Shown piece after piece: positions 1 to 11,007 of a stretch of 64,000 bases of DNA. The position numbers and the translations under genes were made by a program. This DNA is from Flavobacteriaceae bacterium. GTDB lineage: Bacteria; Bacteroidota; Bacteroidia; Flavobacteriales; Flavobacteriaceae. Where the stretch lies: contig JABXHN010000002.1 in assembly GCA_013373635.1 (NCBI GenBank), positions 75,570 to 139,569 on the forward strand. The letters are read 5' to 3'. The notes under the pieces are model-generated. The model worked only from the letters and a program-made list of their open reading frames with translations, was not told where the DNA came from and did not search any database. The first letter of the stretch is position 1. Each line of letters begins with the position of its first letter.

Positions 1-110
1 ACAATCTTGTTTCAACCATAGTTGAAAGTTTATAAAAATAAGTTTATAATTTAATTTCAACGAAAATTTCTTATATTGAAGTAGTAAATTACTGACTACA
101 GAATTTTTAA

Positions 111-2309
111 ATGAGCACTTCGATCAATTTAGAAAAGCACTTGAAACATTACTTTGGATTTGAGAAATTCAAAGGACAGCAAGAAGAAGTTATCAAAAAT
201 GTTTTAGATAGCAAACACTCCTTTGTAATAATGCCTACAGGAGGAGGTAAATCTCTTTGTTATCAATTACCAGCCTTGATTTTGGAGGGAACAGCCATTG
301 TAGTTTCTCCATTGATTGCCCTTATGAAGAATCAGGTTGATGCCATAAGAGGAGTTTCTGAAGAGAATGGAGTAGCACATGTACTCAATTCTTCACTTAC
401 AAAAACCCAGATAAAAGTAGTTAAAGACGATATATCAAATGGAATTACGAAGCTTTTGTACGTAGCTCCAGAATCGTTGACCAAGGAAGAATACGTCGAT
501 TTTTTAAAGACCGTTCCTCTGTCTTTTGTGGCAATTGACGAGGCTCACTGTATTTCAGAGTGGGGACATGACTTTAGACCAGAATATCGAAATTTAAAAT
601 CGATTATTGCACGTCTGAGAGATGATTTGCCAATTATGGGTCTTACAGCTACTGCAACTCCTAAGGTTCAAGAAGACATCGTAAAAAACCTTGGAATACA
701 AGATGCCAAGATATTTAAAACTTCATTTAATAGACCTAATCTCTATTACGAGGTAAGAACTAAGACTAAGAATGTAGAATCTGATATCATACGATTTGTT
801 AAGAAAAACGAGGGTAAATCTGGAATCATCTACTGTTTGAGTAGAAAGAAAGTTGAAGAACTCGCTCAGGTCTTACAAGTTAATGGAATCAGTGCAGTGC
901 CTTATCACGCTGGTTTTGACGCTAAGACAAGAGCTAAGTATCAGGATATGTTTCTCATGGAAGAGGTTGATGTTGTGGTTGCAACCATTGCTTTTGGAAT
1001 GGGAATTGACAAACCCGATGTGCGTTTTGTAATTCATCACGATATCCCTAAGAGTATTGAGAGTTATTATCAAGAAACAGGTAGAGCTGGTCGAGATGGA
1101 GGTGAAGGTCATTGTTTGGCATTTTATTCCTACAAGGATGTTGAGAAGCTGGAAAAATTTATGTCTGGAAAACCTGTTGCCGAACAAGAAATTGGAAATG
1201 CACTGCTTCAAGAAATAGTCGCCTATGCTGAAACTTCAATCTCAAGAAGAAAATTCATCTTACATTATTTTGGAGAAGAATTTGATGAAAAGAATGGAGA
1301 AGGTGCTGATATGGACGACAATGTTCGCAATCCAAAAGACAAAGTGGAGGCTAAGGACGAACTTGTCAAACTTTTAACAGTCGTTCGAGATACTGCTGAA
1401 AAATTTAAGTCAAAAGAAGTTGTCAAGGTGTTAATCGGTAAATCAAACGCCCTAATTTCATCTCATCGTACCAATCAACGATCGTTTTTTGGTTGTGGAA
1501 GTGAGCACGACAAATACTATTGGATGGCATTGATTCGTCAAGCAATCATCGCTGGTTTACTCAAAAAAGAAATTGAGCAATACGGAGTGATACACCTTAC
1601 CAAGAAAGGGACAAATTTCTTATCATCACCTGAGTCATTTATGATGACTAGAGATCATAAGTACAATGAGGAAAACGATGAAAAAATCGTGCAAGCAGCT
1701 AAAAATTCACTTGGAACTGCTGATAAAACGCTGTTTGCAATGCTCAAGGATCTGCGCAAAAAAGAGGCTGGTAAATTAGGCGTACCTCCTTTTGTGATCT
1801 TTCAAGACCCCTCTCTGGAAGACATGGCTTTGAAATACCCAGTTTCAATGGATGATTTAGGGTCTATTTACGGAGTAGGAGAAGGAAAGGCTAAAAAATA
1901 CGGTCGACCATTTTTGGCTTTGATCCATAAGTATGTAGAAGAGAATGACATTATTCGACCAGATGATTTTGTGGTGAAAACTACGGGTTCTAAATCTGGT
2001 TTGAAACTCTTTGTGATTCAATCGGTAGACCGCAAATTGTCCTTAGATGATATCGCTTCATCAAAGGGCTTAACTCACGATGAACTTCTAAAAGAAATGG
2101 AGCAAATTGTCTTTAGTGGAACCAAACTCGATATTCGATATTGGATCGATGAAATGTTTGATGAAGACATGCAAGAGGAGTTACACGAATACTTTTTAGA
2201 GGCTCAAAGTGACGACATCTCTGAAGCATCTGCACATTTTGACGGTGATTACGAAGATGAAGAACTTCGCCTGTATCGCATTTCTTTTTTCAGTGAGGTT
2301 GCGAACTAA
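111..2309 (+). CDS. recQ: ATP-dependent DNA helicase RecQ
   Basis: Walker A MPTGGGKSLCYQ. DEAH box AIDEAHCISEWGHDFRPEY. C-terminal HRDC-like segment (LFAMLKDLRKKEAGKLGVPPFVIFQD...). Confidence 0.95.
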   Translation: MSTSINLEKHLKHYFGFEKFKGQQEEVIKNVLDSKHSFVIMPTGGGKSLCYQLPALILEGTAIVVSPLIALMKNQVDAIRGVSEENGVAHVLNSSLTKTQIKVVKDDISNGITKLLYVAPESLTKEEYVDFLKTVPLSFVAIDEAHCISEWGHDFRPEYRNLKSIIARLRDDLPIMGLTATATPKVQEDIVKNLGIQDAKIFKTSFNRPNLYYEVRTKTKNVESDIIRFVKKNEGKSGIIYCLSRKKVEELAQVLQVNGISAVPYHAGFDAKTRAKYQDMFLMEEVDVVVATIAFGMGIDKPDVRFVIHHDIPKSIESYYQETGRAGRDGGEGHCLAFYSYKDVEKLEKFMSGKPVAEQEIGNALLQEIVAYAETSISRRKFILHYFGEEFDEKNGEGADMDDNVRNPKDKVEAKDELVKLLTVVRDTAEKFKSKEVVKVLIGKSNALISSHRTNQRSFFGCGSEHDKYYWMALIRQAIIAGLLKKEIEQYGVIHLTKKGTNFLSSPESFMMTRDHKYNEENDEKIVQAAKNSLGTADKTLFAMLKDLRKKEAGKLGVPPFVIFQDPSLEDMALKYPVSMDDLGSIYGVGEGKAKKYGRPFLALIHKYVEENDIIRPDDFVVKTTGSKSGLKLFVIQSVDRKLSLDDIASSKGLTHDELLKEMEQIVFSGTKLDIRYWIDEMFDEDMQEELHEYFLEAQSDDISEASAHFDGDYEDEELRLYRISFFSEVAN

Positions 2310-3349
2310 GCGACTACTTTTTCCAAAATTTGAATTGTTCTACTGTGGGTATCAAGTGAAACTTGTGCGCCGATAGGAATCGTGAAATTTTCAGGAATAT
2401 GCCCAAAAGACATTCCGTAAACTGAAGGTATTCCAAGGTCTTGAATTCGATCGATGATCACTTCTTTTAATTTGAAGCCTCGATTTACATCTTTTACATC
2501 ACATCCAATACAGACTCCAAATACGATTCCCGTTGCCTTTTTAAAAGTTTTACTGCTTCTGAGTTGAGTAAGCATTCGATCGATGCGATAGGGCTTTTCA
2601 CCAACATCTTCTATAAAAACGATGGCATCTGTAAAATCAATTTCATAGGGTGTCCCCATTAAAGCACTTATTAAAGTGAGACTTCCACCCACGGCTTTTC
2701 CCTGAGCAATTCCAGGAACAATTGTATAGCGATCGTATTCACTGTTGTCTGTTTGATCTTCAGGAATGGATATGGGGCTTTGTATCGTATGGGATGATTT
2801 CTTACCTCTTAGTACATCGTTTAGGGTGTTTTGACTGTAGTCGTTGTTTAAACTACTTCCTACTGGCCCGTGAAAGCCAATTAAACCAGTCTTTTTGTGA
2901 ATGGCATTTAAAAGGGCTGTGATATCGCTAAAACCAACTAGAGGTTTTGGATTGGAAGCAATGAGATCGTAATCGAGTTGATCGAGTATTCTCGTTGTTC
3001 CATATCCTCCTCGTGCACAAATAATCGCATCGATATTTGGATTCGCAAAAGCCTTGTTTATCTCAGATGCTCTAAAATCATCTTCGTTACTAAAATAACC
3101 GTGGTGATTCATAATAGAAGAATCGTAGATCACTTCGAATCCCATTTGAGTAATCCCTTCAATGGAAATTTCTAATTTATGCTCATCAATAGCAAAACCA
3201 GGAGCTATTAACTTGATTTTAGCTCCTGGTTTGAGTTTGTTACCCAGTAGATTAGGGGGTATTTCATGAGTAATTAGTGAGGTTCTCGGTAAAAGTGTTG
3301 TGGAACTCAATCCCAATATGCCCGTTAAAAAAACTCTTCTTTTATTCAT
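2306..3349 (-). CDS. Exported LD-carboxypeptidase (peptidase S66 family)
   Basis: Motif GFSDITAL carries the nucleophile Ser typical of S66 muramoyltetrapeptide carboxypeptidases. N-terminal signal MNKRRVFLTGILGLSS. Its stop overlaps the recQ stop by 4 nt (convergent genes). Confidence 0.8.
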   Translation of the reverse strand: MNKRRVFLTGILGLSSTTLLPRTSLITHEIPPNLLGNKLKPGAKIKLIAPGFAIDEHKLEISIEGITQMGFEVIYDSSIMNHHGYFSNEDDFRASEINKAFANPNIDAIICARGGYGTTRILDQLDYDLIASNPKPLVGFSDITALLNAIHKKTGLIGFHGPVGSSLNNDYSQNTLNDVLRGKKSSHTIQSPISIPEDQTDNSEYDRYTIVPGIAQGKAVGGSLTLISALMGTPYEIDFTDAIVFIEDVGEKPYRIDRMLTQLRSSKTFKKATGIVFGVCIGCDVKDVNRGFKLKEVIIDRIQDLGIPSVYGMSFGHIPENFTIPIGAQVSLDTHSRTIQILEKVVA

Positions 3350-3355
3350 TTATTT

Positions 3356-4648
3356 CTAATCCTTATTTAACCTTTTTAATTGGCGTCTGATTTTTCTGAT
3401 AGCGTTTTGAATCGACTTATCGGGCTCTATAATATTATAAGCTCCCCAGAATTCAGGATCAGAAAATCCGTCTGCTTCTTCAGCTAAGATAATGGAACTT
3501 CTAACGCGATCTCTATATCTAATACGTTGTTTTTCAGTCAACTCTTCCCAATCGGTAATAGCCATCTCAGCTTGCATCGAATATAATGAATTAAATAATC
3601 TTTTTTCCCATTCTACTTTTAAAGTCATATGAATATTACTGTACCCGTAGTACCATTGATTGTTTTTTTCTCTGTAATCAACCTTGTACAATACTTCGGT
3701 AGGATATACAAACGCATCTTTAGGTTTTTTCTTCACAAAGAGACGAGCTGCTCGTTCTTTATCAGTTATTTTTAGAGCAAAAATGGCATTAGTAAGTAAT
3801 TTGTTTTCGATATCTATATAAAGATTACCTGTGTACAGTTGTTCTTTAGTGCTTTCTTTTGGCTCAAAATGAACAATATAAATAATCCTATCGTTGATTC
3901 TTGTAGAACCGTTAAAGCTAAAATCGTATAAATTGATAAGCTCCTCTGAGAAAATAAAATCGCTGTATTTCATGATGTCGATAAACAACGCATTATAGGG
4001 ACCTCCTTGGAATTTCATTGCCAAGGTATCTTTTGGGCTGTAATCGGTACTTTTTCTAGCTTTTACAATTGAAATCGCGTCGTTAACATCACTGTTATAA
4101 GGACGTTTTAAAATAGTTACTACGGCTTCTGCAAGAGCGATGTTCTTAGATCTTCTCTTGACTTGTTCTCTGTAGAAAGCCGTCATAAACTTGGACTGAT
4201 CAAAGTAATTAGCTCCTTTGTTCGCCATGACATCGAGCACCAATTGAGCTGGATTTCTAGGGGCGACCACATCGACTTCCTTTAATAGTAGTTCTGAGGT
4301 TTCCATTAAAATAGTACTGTCGTTAGCTAAAGAAGCAATTGGAACAACAGCTGTTTGATATCCGACGTATTGTACCATCAAATTTCTTTCTGTTAGTCCT
4401 TTTGGTACTTTAATGAGATATTCCCCAGCATTATTACTGACCGAACTGGCATTTGTTCCTTCAATAGTAATGGTGGCAAATAACAAAGGTTGTTTTGATT
4501 TGCTATCTACAATAGTCCCTCTGTATTCTACATAATCATCTTGATTTGTGGATTCTTGTGCTAGAAGTAGGGGAGTAAATAGAAGTGCAAATACAATGAA
4601 AAAGCTCTTGGTCAATTTGGTAGAACGCTTTAAAAGAGTTGTTTTCAT
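3356..4648 (-). CDS. Carboxypeptidase-regulatory-like (CarboxypepD_reg) domain protein, secreted
   Basis: Signal peptide after MKTTLLKR.. (the ATG at 4648 is preferred over the upstream ORF start). YRGTIVDSKSKQPLLFATITIEGTNASSVSNNAGEYLIKVP resembles the CarboxypepD_reg beta-sandwich. The rest has no recognised domain. Confidence 0.6.
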   Translation of the reverse strand: MKTTLLKRSTKLTKSFFIVFALLFTPLLLAQESTNQDDYVEYRGTIVDSKSKQPLLFATITIEGTNASSVSNNAGEYLIKVPKGLTERNLMVQYVGYQTAVVPIASLANDSTILMETSELLLKEVDVVAPRNPAQLVLDVMANKGANYFDQSKFMTAFYREQVKRRSKNIALAEAVVTILKRPYNSDVNDAISIVKARKSTDYSPKDTLAMKFQGGPYNALFIDIMKYSDFIFSEELINLYDFSFNGSTRINDRIIYIVHFEPKESTKEQLYTGNLYIDIENKLLTNAIFALKITDKERAARLFVKKKPKDAFVYPTEVLYKVDYREKNNQWYYGYSNIHMTLKVEWEKRLFNSLYSMQAEMAITDWEELTEKQRIRYRDRVRSSIILAEEADGFSDPEFWGAYNIIEPDKSIQNAIRKIRRQLKRLNKD

Positions 4649-4840
4649 GATGAAAAGATTTAGGTTTAGGAACAACTCAAATAAGTCGTTCTATACAATT
4701 TACTTATAATACCACAAATATTGTTCCAAGAAAATGTTAAAAAGGATGCTCTAAGTGTATTTTAGTTAAAAACCCCTTAAAAATTTAGAAAGATGCAACT
4801 ATCTTCTTGAAGTGTTTTATATTTATGTTTTAAAATTTCT

Positions 4841-6439
4841 ATGAATCAAGACCATTTTCCATACAGTGAAACAGGATATTTTTCTAAAACAATTTTAGAT
4901 TATATCCGTGGAGAAAAAAATCTACAATCATTTTATGGCAATAGTCCAGATCTCGAAGGTTTTGAGAAACAAATTGAATTAAAAAGAAATTTTTCAAAGT
5001 CTCAAAGAAAACAATTAGTAGATGCTTTAAATAAGCAATATCAAGCTGTAGAGACAACTGAGTTGGTTTTAGACCGAATTGAATCCTTGTCCAATGAGAA
5101 TACTTTTACAGTAACTACAGGACATCAACTCAATCTTTTCACTGGTCCTCTTTATTTTTTATACAAGATCATCTCTGTTATAAATTTGTGCAAATCCCTT
5201 AAGGAATCCTATCCCGATTGCGATTTTGTTCCAATATATTGGATGGCGACTGAAGATCATGATTTTGAAGAAATTAACCACTTTTATTTAAAGGGGAAGG
5301 TCTTTAGATGGGAAGGACAAGAACATCAATCTGGAGCTGTTGGAACATTTAAAACAGAAGGTTTAGACACTGTTTTAGAGCTCCTTTCATTGGAATTGGG
5401 ATCTTCTGATGCTGCAAAAGATCTCAAGGATCTTTTTAAAAGGGCTTATACAGAACACCAAACTTTAGGTGAGGCTACTTTTTATTTAGCAAATGAACTT
5501 TTTAAAGAGGATGGACTTGTTGTGTTGGAACCTAACAACGTCGATTTAAAAAGGCTGTTCATCCCTCAAATAAAAAGAGATCTTTTCGATCAAATAGGTT
5601 TTAAAAAAGTAAGTGATACGATTGAATTGCTACAAAAAAAGGCGTATTCGATTCAAGTCAATCCAAGAGAACTCAATTTTTTCTACTTAAAAGAAGGAAT
5701 GAGAGAGCGTTTAGTCGAAGAAGGTGGAGTCTATTCTGTTTTAAATACAGCGATACAATTTACCAAGGATGAACTCTTAATCGAACTTGAGCAACATCCA
5801 GATCGATTTTCTCCGAATGTTATTACAAGACCTCTTTATCAAGAAGTTATTCTTCCAAACCTAGCATATATTGGTGGAGGAGGAGAACTGGCTTATTGGT
5901 TTGAACTTCAATCGATGTTCGAGGCTCAAGAAACAATATTCCCAATTCTAATGCTAAGAGATTCAGTACTTGTAATGAGTCAGAAGCAATTTGATAAGAT
6001 TCAAAAGCTAGGTCTTTCTACCGCAGATTTATTTTTAAGCAGAGGTGATTTGATCAATAAACATATTCGAAAAATATCAAACATAGATATTGATCTAAGT
6101 CCTTTAAAAAATCGATTAAATGAACAATTTGAAAATTTATATCAAATAGCCAGTCAAACGGATGCCTCTTTTTTAGGTGCTGTTAAAGCTCAAGAAATAA
6201 AACAATTAAAGGGAATTGACAAACTGGAAAAACGCTTACTCAAAGCTCAGAAACGAAAACTAAGTGAAGAAGTTATTCGCTTAGTCAATTTACAAGAGGA
6301 ACTATTTCCTAGAGAGGGCTTACAAGAGCGCAATACGAATTTCTCTGAATTTTATTTGGAATACTCCACTTCATTCAAGAAGGAGTTGTTAAAACATTTA
6401 AATCCTCTTAAAAAGGAATTCACCATTTTAAAACTTTAG
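4841..6439 (+). CDS. bshC: Bacillithiol biosynthesis cysteine-adding enzyme BshC
   Basis: About 530 aa. N-terminus ..ETGYFSKTILDYI... Motifs TGHQLNLFTGPLYFLYKI, YWMATEDHDFEEI and IGGGGELAYWFEL, as remembered for BshC family proteins. Confidence 0.85.
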   Translation: MNQDHFPYSETGYFSKTILDYIRGEKNLQSFYGNSPDLEGFEKQIELKRNFSKSQRKQLVDALNKQYQAVETTELVLDRIESLSNENTFTVTTGHQLNLFTGPLYFLYKIISVINLCKSLKESYPDCDFVPIYWMATEDHDFEEINHFYLKGKVFRWEGQEHQSGAVGTFKTEGLDTVLELLSLELGSSDAAKDLKDLFKRAYTEHQTLGEATFYLANELFKEDGLVVLEPNNVDLKRLFIPQIKRDLFDQIGFKKVSDTIELLQKKAYSIQVNPRELNFFYLKEGMRERLVEEGGVYSVLNTAIQFTKDELLIELEQHPDRFSPNVITRPLYQEVILPNLAYIGGGGELAYWFELQSMFEAQETIFPILMLRDSVLVMSQKQFDKIQKLGLSTADLFLSRGDLINKHIRKISNIDIDLSPLKNRLNEQFENLYQIASQTDASFLGAVKAQEIKQLKGIDKLEKRLLKAQKRKLSEEVIRLVNLQEELFPREGLQERNTNFSEFYLEYSTSFKKELLKHLNPLKKEFTILKL

Positions 6440-6441
6440 TT

Positions 6442-7818
6442 ATGATGCACAATATCGATATCGATGTGGTTGAAATGACTATGGATATAATGAAATATGT
6501 CATTGGTCGAATCACTCGATCCAATCCTGATATGGGATTAGCAATATCGGAAGAGGAACTCAAAGAGAAAGTAGGGGAGACCATTACCGACAAAGGAATT
6601 GGAGGAATGAAGGCTTTTGAACTCTTTAGAGAAGTGTTAGTTAAACATACCGTGCCTATTGATAATCCAAAACATTTAGCATTTGTACCAGCAGCACCAA
6701 CAAGAGCCGCTATACTTTTTGATTTAGTGACGGCTGCATCTTCAATTCACGGATCCTATTGGATGGAGGGTGCAGGAGGAATATTCTGTGAAAATGAAGC
6801 CATGTCTTGGATTGTATCATTAACTGGATTGCCTAAAGGATCGTTTGGGGTGTTTACAAGTGGAGGTACAGCAGCTAACCTATCAGCTGTTGTAACTGCT
6901 AGGGAGTATTGGAGATCAAAATCACAAGACAATCAATGTAAAAGAGGGATTATACTCTGTTCATCTCAGGCACATTCGTCGGTGAAAAGCATGGTAAAAA
7001 TAATAGATGCAGATATTCTAACTGTTCCGACACAAGAATCCTTGACTAAAAAAGAATTAATAACGGCTTTTGAAGAATTATCAGCTGTCGATCAAAGTCG
7101 TTTATTTGCGGTTGTTGCCAATGCAGGAACCACTAATGCTGGAGTCATCGATAGGATGGATGAGGTTGCTGATTTTTGTCGTGAAAAGGATCTTTGGATG
7201 CATGTAGATGCAGCATACGGAGGTGGTGCGTTAATGTCTGATAAGGCTAGAAAAGAATTCAATGGAATTGAATTAGCTGATAGTATTACCATAGATCCTC
7301 ACAAATGGTTTTTTGCTCCCTATGACTGTGGAGCGATCATTTATAAAAACCCTGAATTAGCTAAGAAAGCACATACTCAACAAGGAACTTATTTAGATAT
7401 TTTTAATCAAAAGGGAATGGAAGGATTTAATCCTTCAGATTATCAAATTCAATTGACGCGTAGAGTGAGAGGTCTTCCATTGTGGTTTTCCCTAGCGATG
7501 CATGGTATTGATCGCTATAAGCAAGCAGTTGATACAGCACTCGATTTAGCTAAAGTTGCAGCAGAAATGATTCAAGATTACGATCATTTGTCATTGGTAA
7601 GACCAGTGAGTTTATCAGTAGTACTTTTTAAGCGTGAAGGATGGACTCCAGAAGATTACCGAAAGTGGACACTAAAAAATCTTGCAGATAATTTTGCATT
7701 GGTGACACCGACTAAATATCAAATTGATGGTCAAATGGAAACAATTGCACGCTTTTGTTTTATCAATCCTGAAACTACAAAAGAAGATATCAAGGCTATT
7801 TTAGATTCCATGAATTGA
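6442..7818 (+). CDS. Pyridoxal-dependent (group II) amino-acid decarboxylase
   Basis: SGGTAANL, HVDAAYGGGAL and the PLP-lysine motif DPHKWFFAPYDCG. Starts 2 nt after the bshC stop. Confidence 0.85.
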   Translation: MMHNIDIDVVEMTMDIMKYVIGRITRSNPDMGLAISEEELKEKVGETITDKGIGGMKAFELFREVLVKHTVPIDNPKHLAFVPAAPTRAAILFDLVTAASSIHGSYWMEGAGGIFCENEAMSWIVSLTGLPKGSFGVFTSGGTAANLSAVVTAREYWRSKSQDNQCKRGIILCSSQAHSSVKSMVKIIDADILTVPTQESLTKKELITAFEELSAVDQSRLFAVVANAGTTNAGVIDRMDEVADFCREKDLWMHVDAAYGGGALMSDKARKEFNGIELADSITIDPHKWFFAPYDCGAIIYKNPELAKKAHTQQGTYLDIFNQKGMEGFNPSDYQIQLTRRVRGLPLWFSLAMHGIDRYKQAVDTALDLAKVAAEMIQDYDHLSLVRPVSLSVVLFKREGWTPEDYRKWTLKNLADNFALVTPTKYQIDGQMETIARFCFINPETTKEDIKAILDSMN

Positions 7819-7930
7819 TTTTGGCAGAATTTTTGAATAGGAACTATCGATATTGTTAGGTTTAAGAACGAATCTTAAAATTAGCTGTCAAATGAACTTC
7901 TAATTAACGTTCAAATTATTATTTTTGCGC

Positions 7931-9463
7931 ATGCATAATAACGTCCTTATTTTAGATTTTGGCTCACAGTATACTCAACTCATCGCTAGGAGAGTAAGAG
8001 AGCTCAATATTTTTTGTGAGATTAAACCTTACAATAAACTTCCAGAGAACTTAGATATTTACAAAGCTGTTATCCTATCAGGGTCGCCTTTTTCAGTTAG
8101 AGCAGAGGATGCGCCGCATCCTGATCTTTCTCAGATTCAAGGAAAAAAACCTTTATTGGCAGTCTGTTATGGGGCACAGTATTTAGCTCATTTTGGAGGG
8201 GGAGAAGTCGCTCCTTCGAACACTAGAGAATACGGTAGAGCAAAGCTTTCTTTTTTAGATCACGAAGATCACTTCTTTGATGGAGTAGAGGCTGGATCTC
8301 AGGTTTGGATGAGTCATTCGGATACCATTAAACACCTTCCTACTAATGCGAAGCTTATCGGTAGCACAGATGATGTGAAGAATGCAGCGTATAAAATTGA
8401 AGGTGAAACGACCTATGCAATTCAGTTTCACCCTGAAGTATATCATTCTACAGATGGAGCGAAGATGCTCAAAAACTTCTTAGTGGATATCGCAGGAGTT
8501 CATCAAGATTGGACTCCAGATTCATTTGTACATGAAACGGTTGAAGAACTTAAAAAGACCGTTGGATCTGATAAGGTCATCTTAGGATTGTCTGGTGGTG
8601 TTGATTCAACTGTAGCTGCAGTATTGCTGCACAAAGCTATTGGATCTCATTTACACTGTATTTTTGTCAATAACGGTTTGCTTAGAAAAGATGAGTTTTC
8701 ACAAGTATTGGATCAATACAAGCATATGGGACTTAACGTTAAGGGAGTTGATGCTTCAGATCGATTCTTAGATGCATTAAAGGGAATCAGTGATCCAGAA
8801 ACTAAACGCAAGACTATTGGTAAAGTGTTTATTGATGTCTTCGACGATGAATCTCATAAAGTTGAAGATGCGAAGTGGCTCGGTCAAGGAACGATTTATC
8901 CTGATGTGATCGAATCAGTTTCTGCTACAGGTGGTCCTTCGGCAACGATTAAAAGCCACCACAATGTAGGTGGTCTTCCAGATTATATGAAATTAAAAGT
9001 TGTGGAACCTCTAAAACTTCTTTTTAAAGACGAAGTGAGAAGAGTAGGTGCAGCTTTGGGTATCGATGCTAAATTATTAGGTAGACACCCCTTCCCAGGT
9101 CCTGGACTCGGTATTCGAATTCTTGGAGATATTACTCCAGAAAAGGTTCGTATTTTACAAGAAGTAGACGCTGTTTTTGTCAATGGACTTAGAGAGTGGG
9201 GATTGTACGACAAAGTATGGCAGGCAGGAGCTATGTTACTTCCAGTAAATTCTGTTGGAGTAATGGGAGATGAACGTACCTATGAAAAATGTGTTGCCTT
9301 AAGAGCAGTAGAGAGTACCGATGGTATGACTGCTGATTGGGTTAACTTTCCTTATGAATTTTTGCAAAAGGTATCAAACGATATCATCAATAAGGTTCCA
9401 GGGGTCAATAGAGTCGTATACGATATCAGCTCTAAGCCACCTGCAACTATAGAATGGGAATAA
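7931..9463 (+). CDS. guaA: Glutamine-hydrolysing GMP synthase
   Basis: GATase N-terminus [21 protein letters not shown]-PPase loop [11 protein letters not shown]-terminal ..PPATIEWE. The ATG at 7931 is preferred over the TTG at 7925. Confidence 0.95.
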   Translation: MHNNVLILDFGSQYTQLIARRVRELNIFCEIKPYNKLPENLDIYKAVILSGSPFSVRAEDAPHPDLSQIQGKKPLLAVCYGAQYLAHFGGGEVAPSNTREYGRAKLSFLDHEDHFFDGVEAGSQVWMSHSDTIKHLPTNAKLIGSTDDVKNAAYKIEGETTYAIQFHPEVYHSTDGAKMLKNFLVDIAGVHQDWTPDSFVHETVEELKKTVGSDKVILGLSGGVDSTVAAVLLHKAIGSHLHCIFVNNGLLRKDEFSQVLDQYKHMGLNVKGVDASDRFLDALKGISDPETKRKTIGKVFIDVFDDESHKVEDAKWLGQGTIYPDVIESVSATGGPSATIKSHHNVGGLPDYMKLKVVEPLKLLFKDEVRRVGAALGIDAKLLGRHPFPGPGLGIRILGDITPEKVRILQEVDAVFVNGLREWGLYDKVWQAGAMLLPVNSVGVMGDERTYEKCVALRAVESTDGMTADWVNFPYEFLQKVSNDIINKVPGVNRVVYDISSKPPATIEWE

Positions 9464-11007
9464 TGCAATTAAAAAGGAACTTATTAGCTGTTTTATTTAT
9501 GTTTTCCTTGTTGGGTTATGCGCAACAAACGGGAACTTATAAGATTAGACAGTCGGATAATCGTTGGAGAATTCTCAAGGATTTTCAAATCAGTCAAGAT
9601 TCCTTTTTAAAACTAAATCCTCATCTTTCAGAAGATTACAATTCCTTACCTGTTGGGGTTACTGTTGAACTTCCAATTACTTTAGAAAATTCTCTGAGCG
9701 TAGGTGATTCCATTTTCATCCGTAAGGAGGCGCCTATTGATCAATTCATCATTCACAGAGTAAATCCTAAGGAAACTTTTTACGATTTAGTAAGAAGGTA
9801 TCAAACTCCTTTAAGAGACATTTTGGATTACAATCCAGGATTGTTATTGACGGGTCTGCAAATCGGAATGAACCTTAAGGTCAGACCTTACAGGCAACAA
9901 TCAATCTCGTATAAACTAGGTTTTAGAGAGCCTTTGTTCGAGCCATTTTACAGTGATTCTAAGTACTACACTATAGCTTATCCACTCCCTTTTAGAACTG
10001 ATAAATCAGCGCTATTAGACACCCTTCTAATGGAGAAAACCTTCGAAGCGAGAAGGGATATGAAGTTCAGTATTCACTTTTATCAAGGAGTATTGATGGC
10101 AATTGAACAATTGGCTAAACACGATATTCATATCACTCCCATTCCGATTGACACTCAATTAGACAACACACATTTGGCTATTAGGTTCATGGATCTCGAC
10201 AGCCTTAATTTTGATGCGATCATCGGCCCTTTAAGCAGTAGAACCTATAAGGCAGCGACTTCTTATGCGATGCGCAACGATATTCCTATCGTATATCCTT
10301 CTGCCTCTGAAAATAGCTATGATTACCCTAAAGCACATATGCCGATACCTACTGATTCGATTTTTAGAGATCGCGTATTGAAGTTAGCTTCTTTGCGCTA
10401 TTCTAATGAAAAGGTGTTGATAGTTGCAGATTCATTGAATACAAAGGCAAGAGAAGCCATCGTTAATCATTTTCCTAATGCAGTTTCCATGGAGCTTATT
10501 AAGGAAGTTTCAGTCGATGTAGATACCTTGTCTTCAAGATTGGATTCCATTATTCCTAACTGGGTGTTTGTAGAGACTCAAAATGTTAAGTTGGCCTCAT
10601 CCATCAGTTCAATGTTGAACTCTTCACTTCGTGATTCTGTAAAGATTAAAATGTTTACGACGAATTACAGCAGTGCTTTTGAGAATGACATAGTCGATCA
10701 GCAACAGTTGACCAACCTCAACTTTAGCTACCCTAATTTCTATTCACTACTCAATAACGAGGAATTTTCTTTGTCCTATGAAGAACGATTTGGTTATTAT
10801 CCTGATCGATACGCTTTAAGAGGTTACGATCTAACCCTTTACACTGCTTTAGAAGTTCTCGATAATTCTTCAAGTTATTTAAAGAGAAAACTGCCTTACC
10901 TTACCCATCGTTTAGGGTTTGTGCAAGACAGTTTAAAAGGTGGTTATTACAATAGAAGTTCCTATATCCTTCGCTATGAAGCCATGGATATTAAACTTTT
11001 TGATTAA
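9463..11007 (+). CDS. LysM-domain protein with a periplasmic-binding-protein-like C-terminal region
   Basis: Signal peptide [21 protein letters not shown]. Two LysM-like repeats (YKIRQSDNRWRILKDF..LNPHL and HRVNPKETFYDLVRRY..YNPGL). The start is ambiguous between 9454 and 9463. Confidence 0.7.
   Translation: MQLKRNLLAVLFMFSLLGYAQQTGTYKIRQSDNRWRILKDFQISQDSFLKLNPHLSEDYNSLPVGVTVELPITLENSLSVGDSIFIRKEAPIDQFIIHRVNPKETFYDLVRRYQTPLRDILDYNPGLLLTGLQIGMNLKVRPYRQQSISYKLGFREPLFEPFYSDSKYYTIAYPLPFRTDKSALLDTLLMEKTFEARRDMKFSIHFYQGVLMAIEQLAKHDIHITPIPIDTQLDNTHLAIRFMDLDSLNFDAIIGPLSSRTYKAATSYAMRNDIPIVYPSASENSYDYPKAHMPIPTDSIFRDRVLKLASLRYSNEKVLIVADSLNTKAREAIVNHFPNAVSMELIKEVSVDVDTLSSRLDSIIPNWVFVETQNVKLASSISSMLNSSLRDSVKIKMFTTNYSSAFENDIVDQQQLTNLNFSYPNFYSLLNNEEFSLSYEERFGYYPDRYALRGYDLTLYTALEVLDNSSSYLKRKLPYLTHRLGFVQDSLKGGYYNRSSYILRYEAMDIKLFD

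Noticed and set aside
873-1211. Antisense or embedded ORFs of 60-120 aa inside larger genes: 873..1211, 2722..2922, 2978..3175, 7092..7292, 8255..8446, 8983..9213, 11073..11270, 12455..12688, 13019..13228, 13639..13833, 15589..15777, 15820..16008, 18117..18314, 20756..20944, 24357..24644, 24780..24968, 25980..26162, 27125..27307, 27446..27757, 29015..29197, 30416..30610, 31235..31513, 34299..34658, 35814..36032, 36093..36338, 36706..36918, 39828..40037, 42388..42588, 44396..44581, 51579..51830, 52215..52397, 52300..52485, 52846..53037, 57173..57376, 58466..58741, 59231..59458, 59695..59922, 60338..60625, 61674..62003, 62016..62261, 62027..62215.
   Set aside because: Each overlaps a long ORF with strong family motifs. 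Their translations are low-complexity with off-frame-like composition and no motifs. They are typical shadow ORFs.
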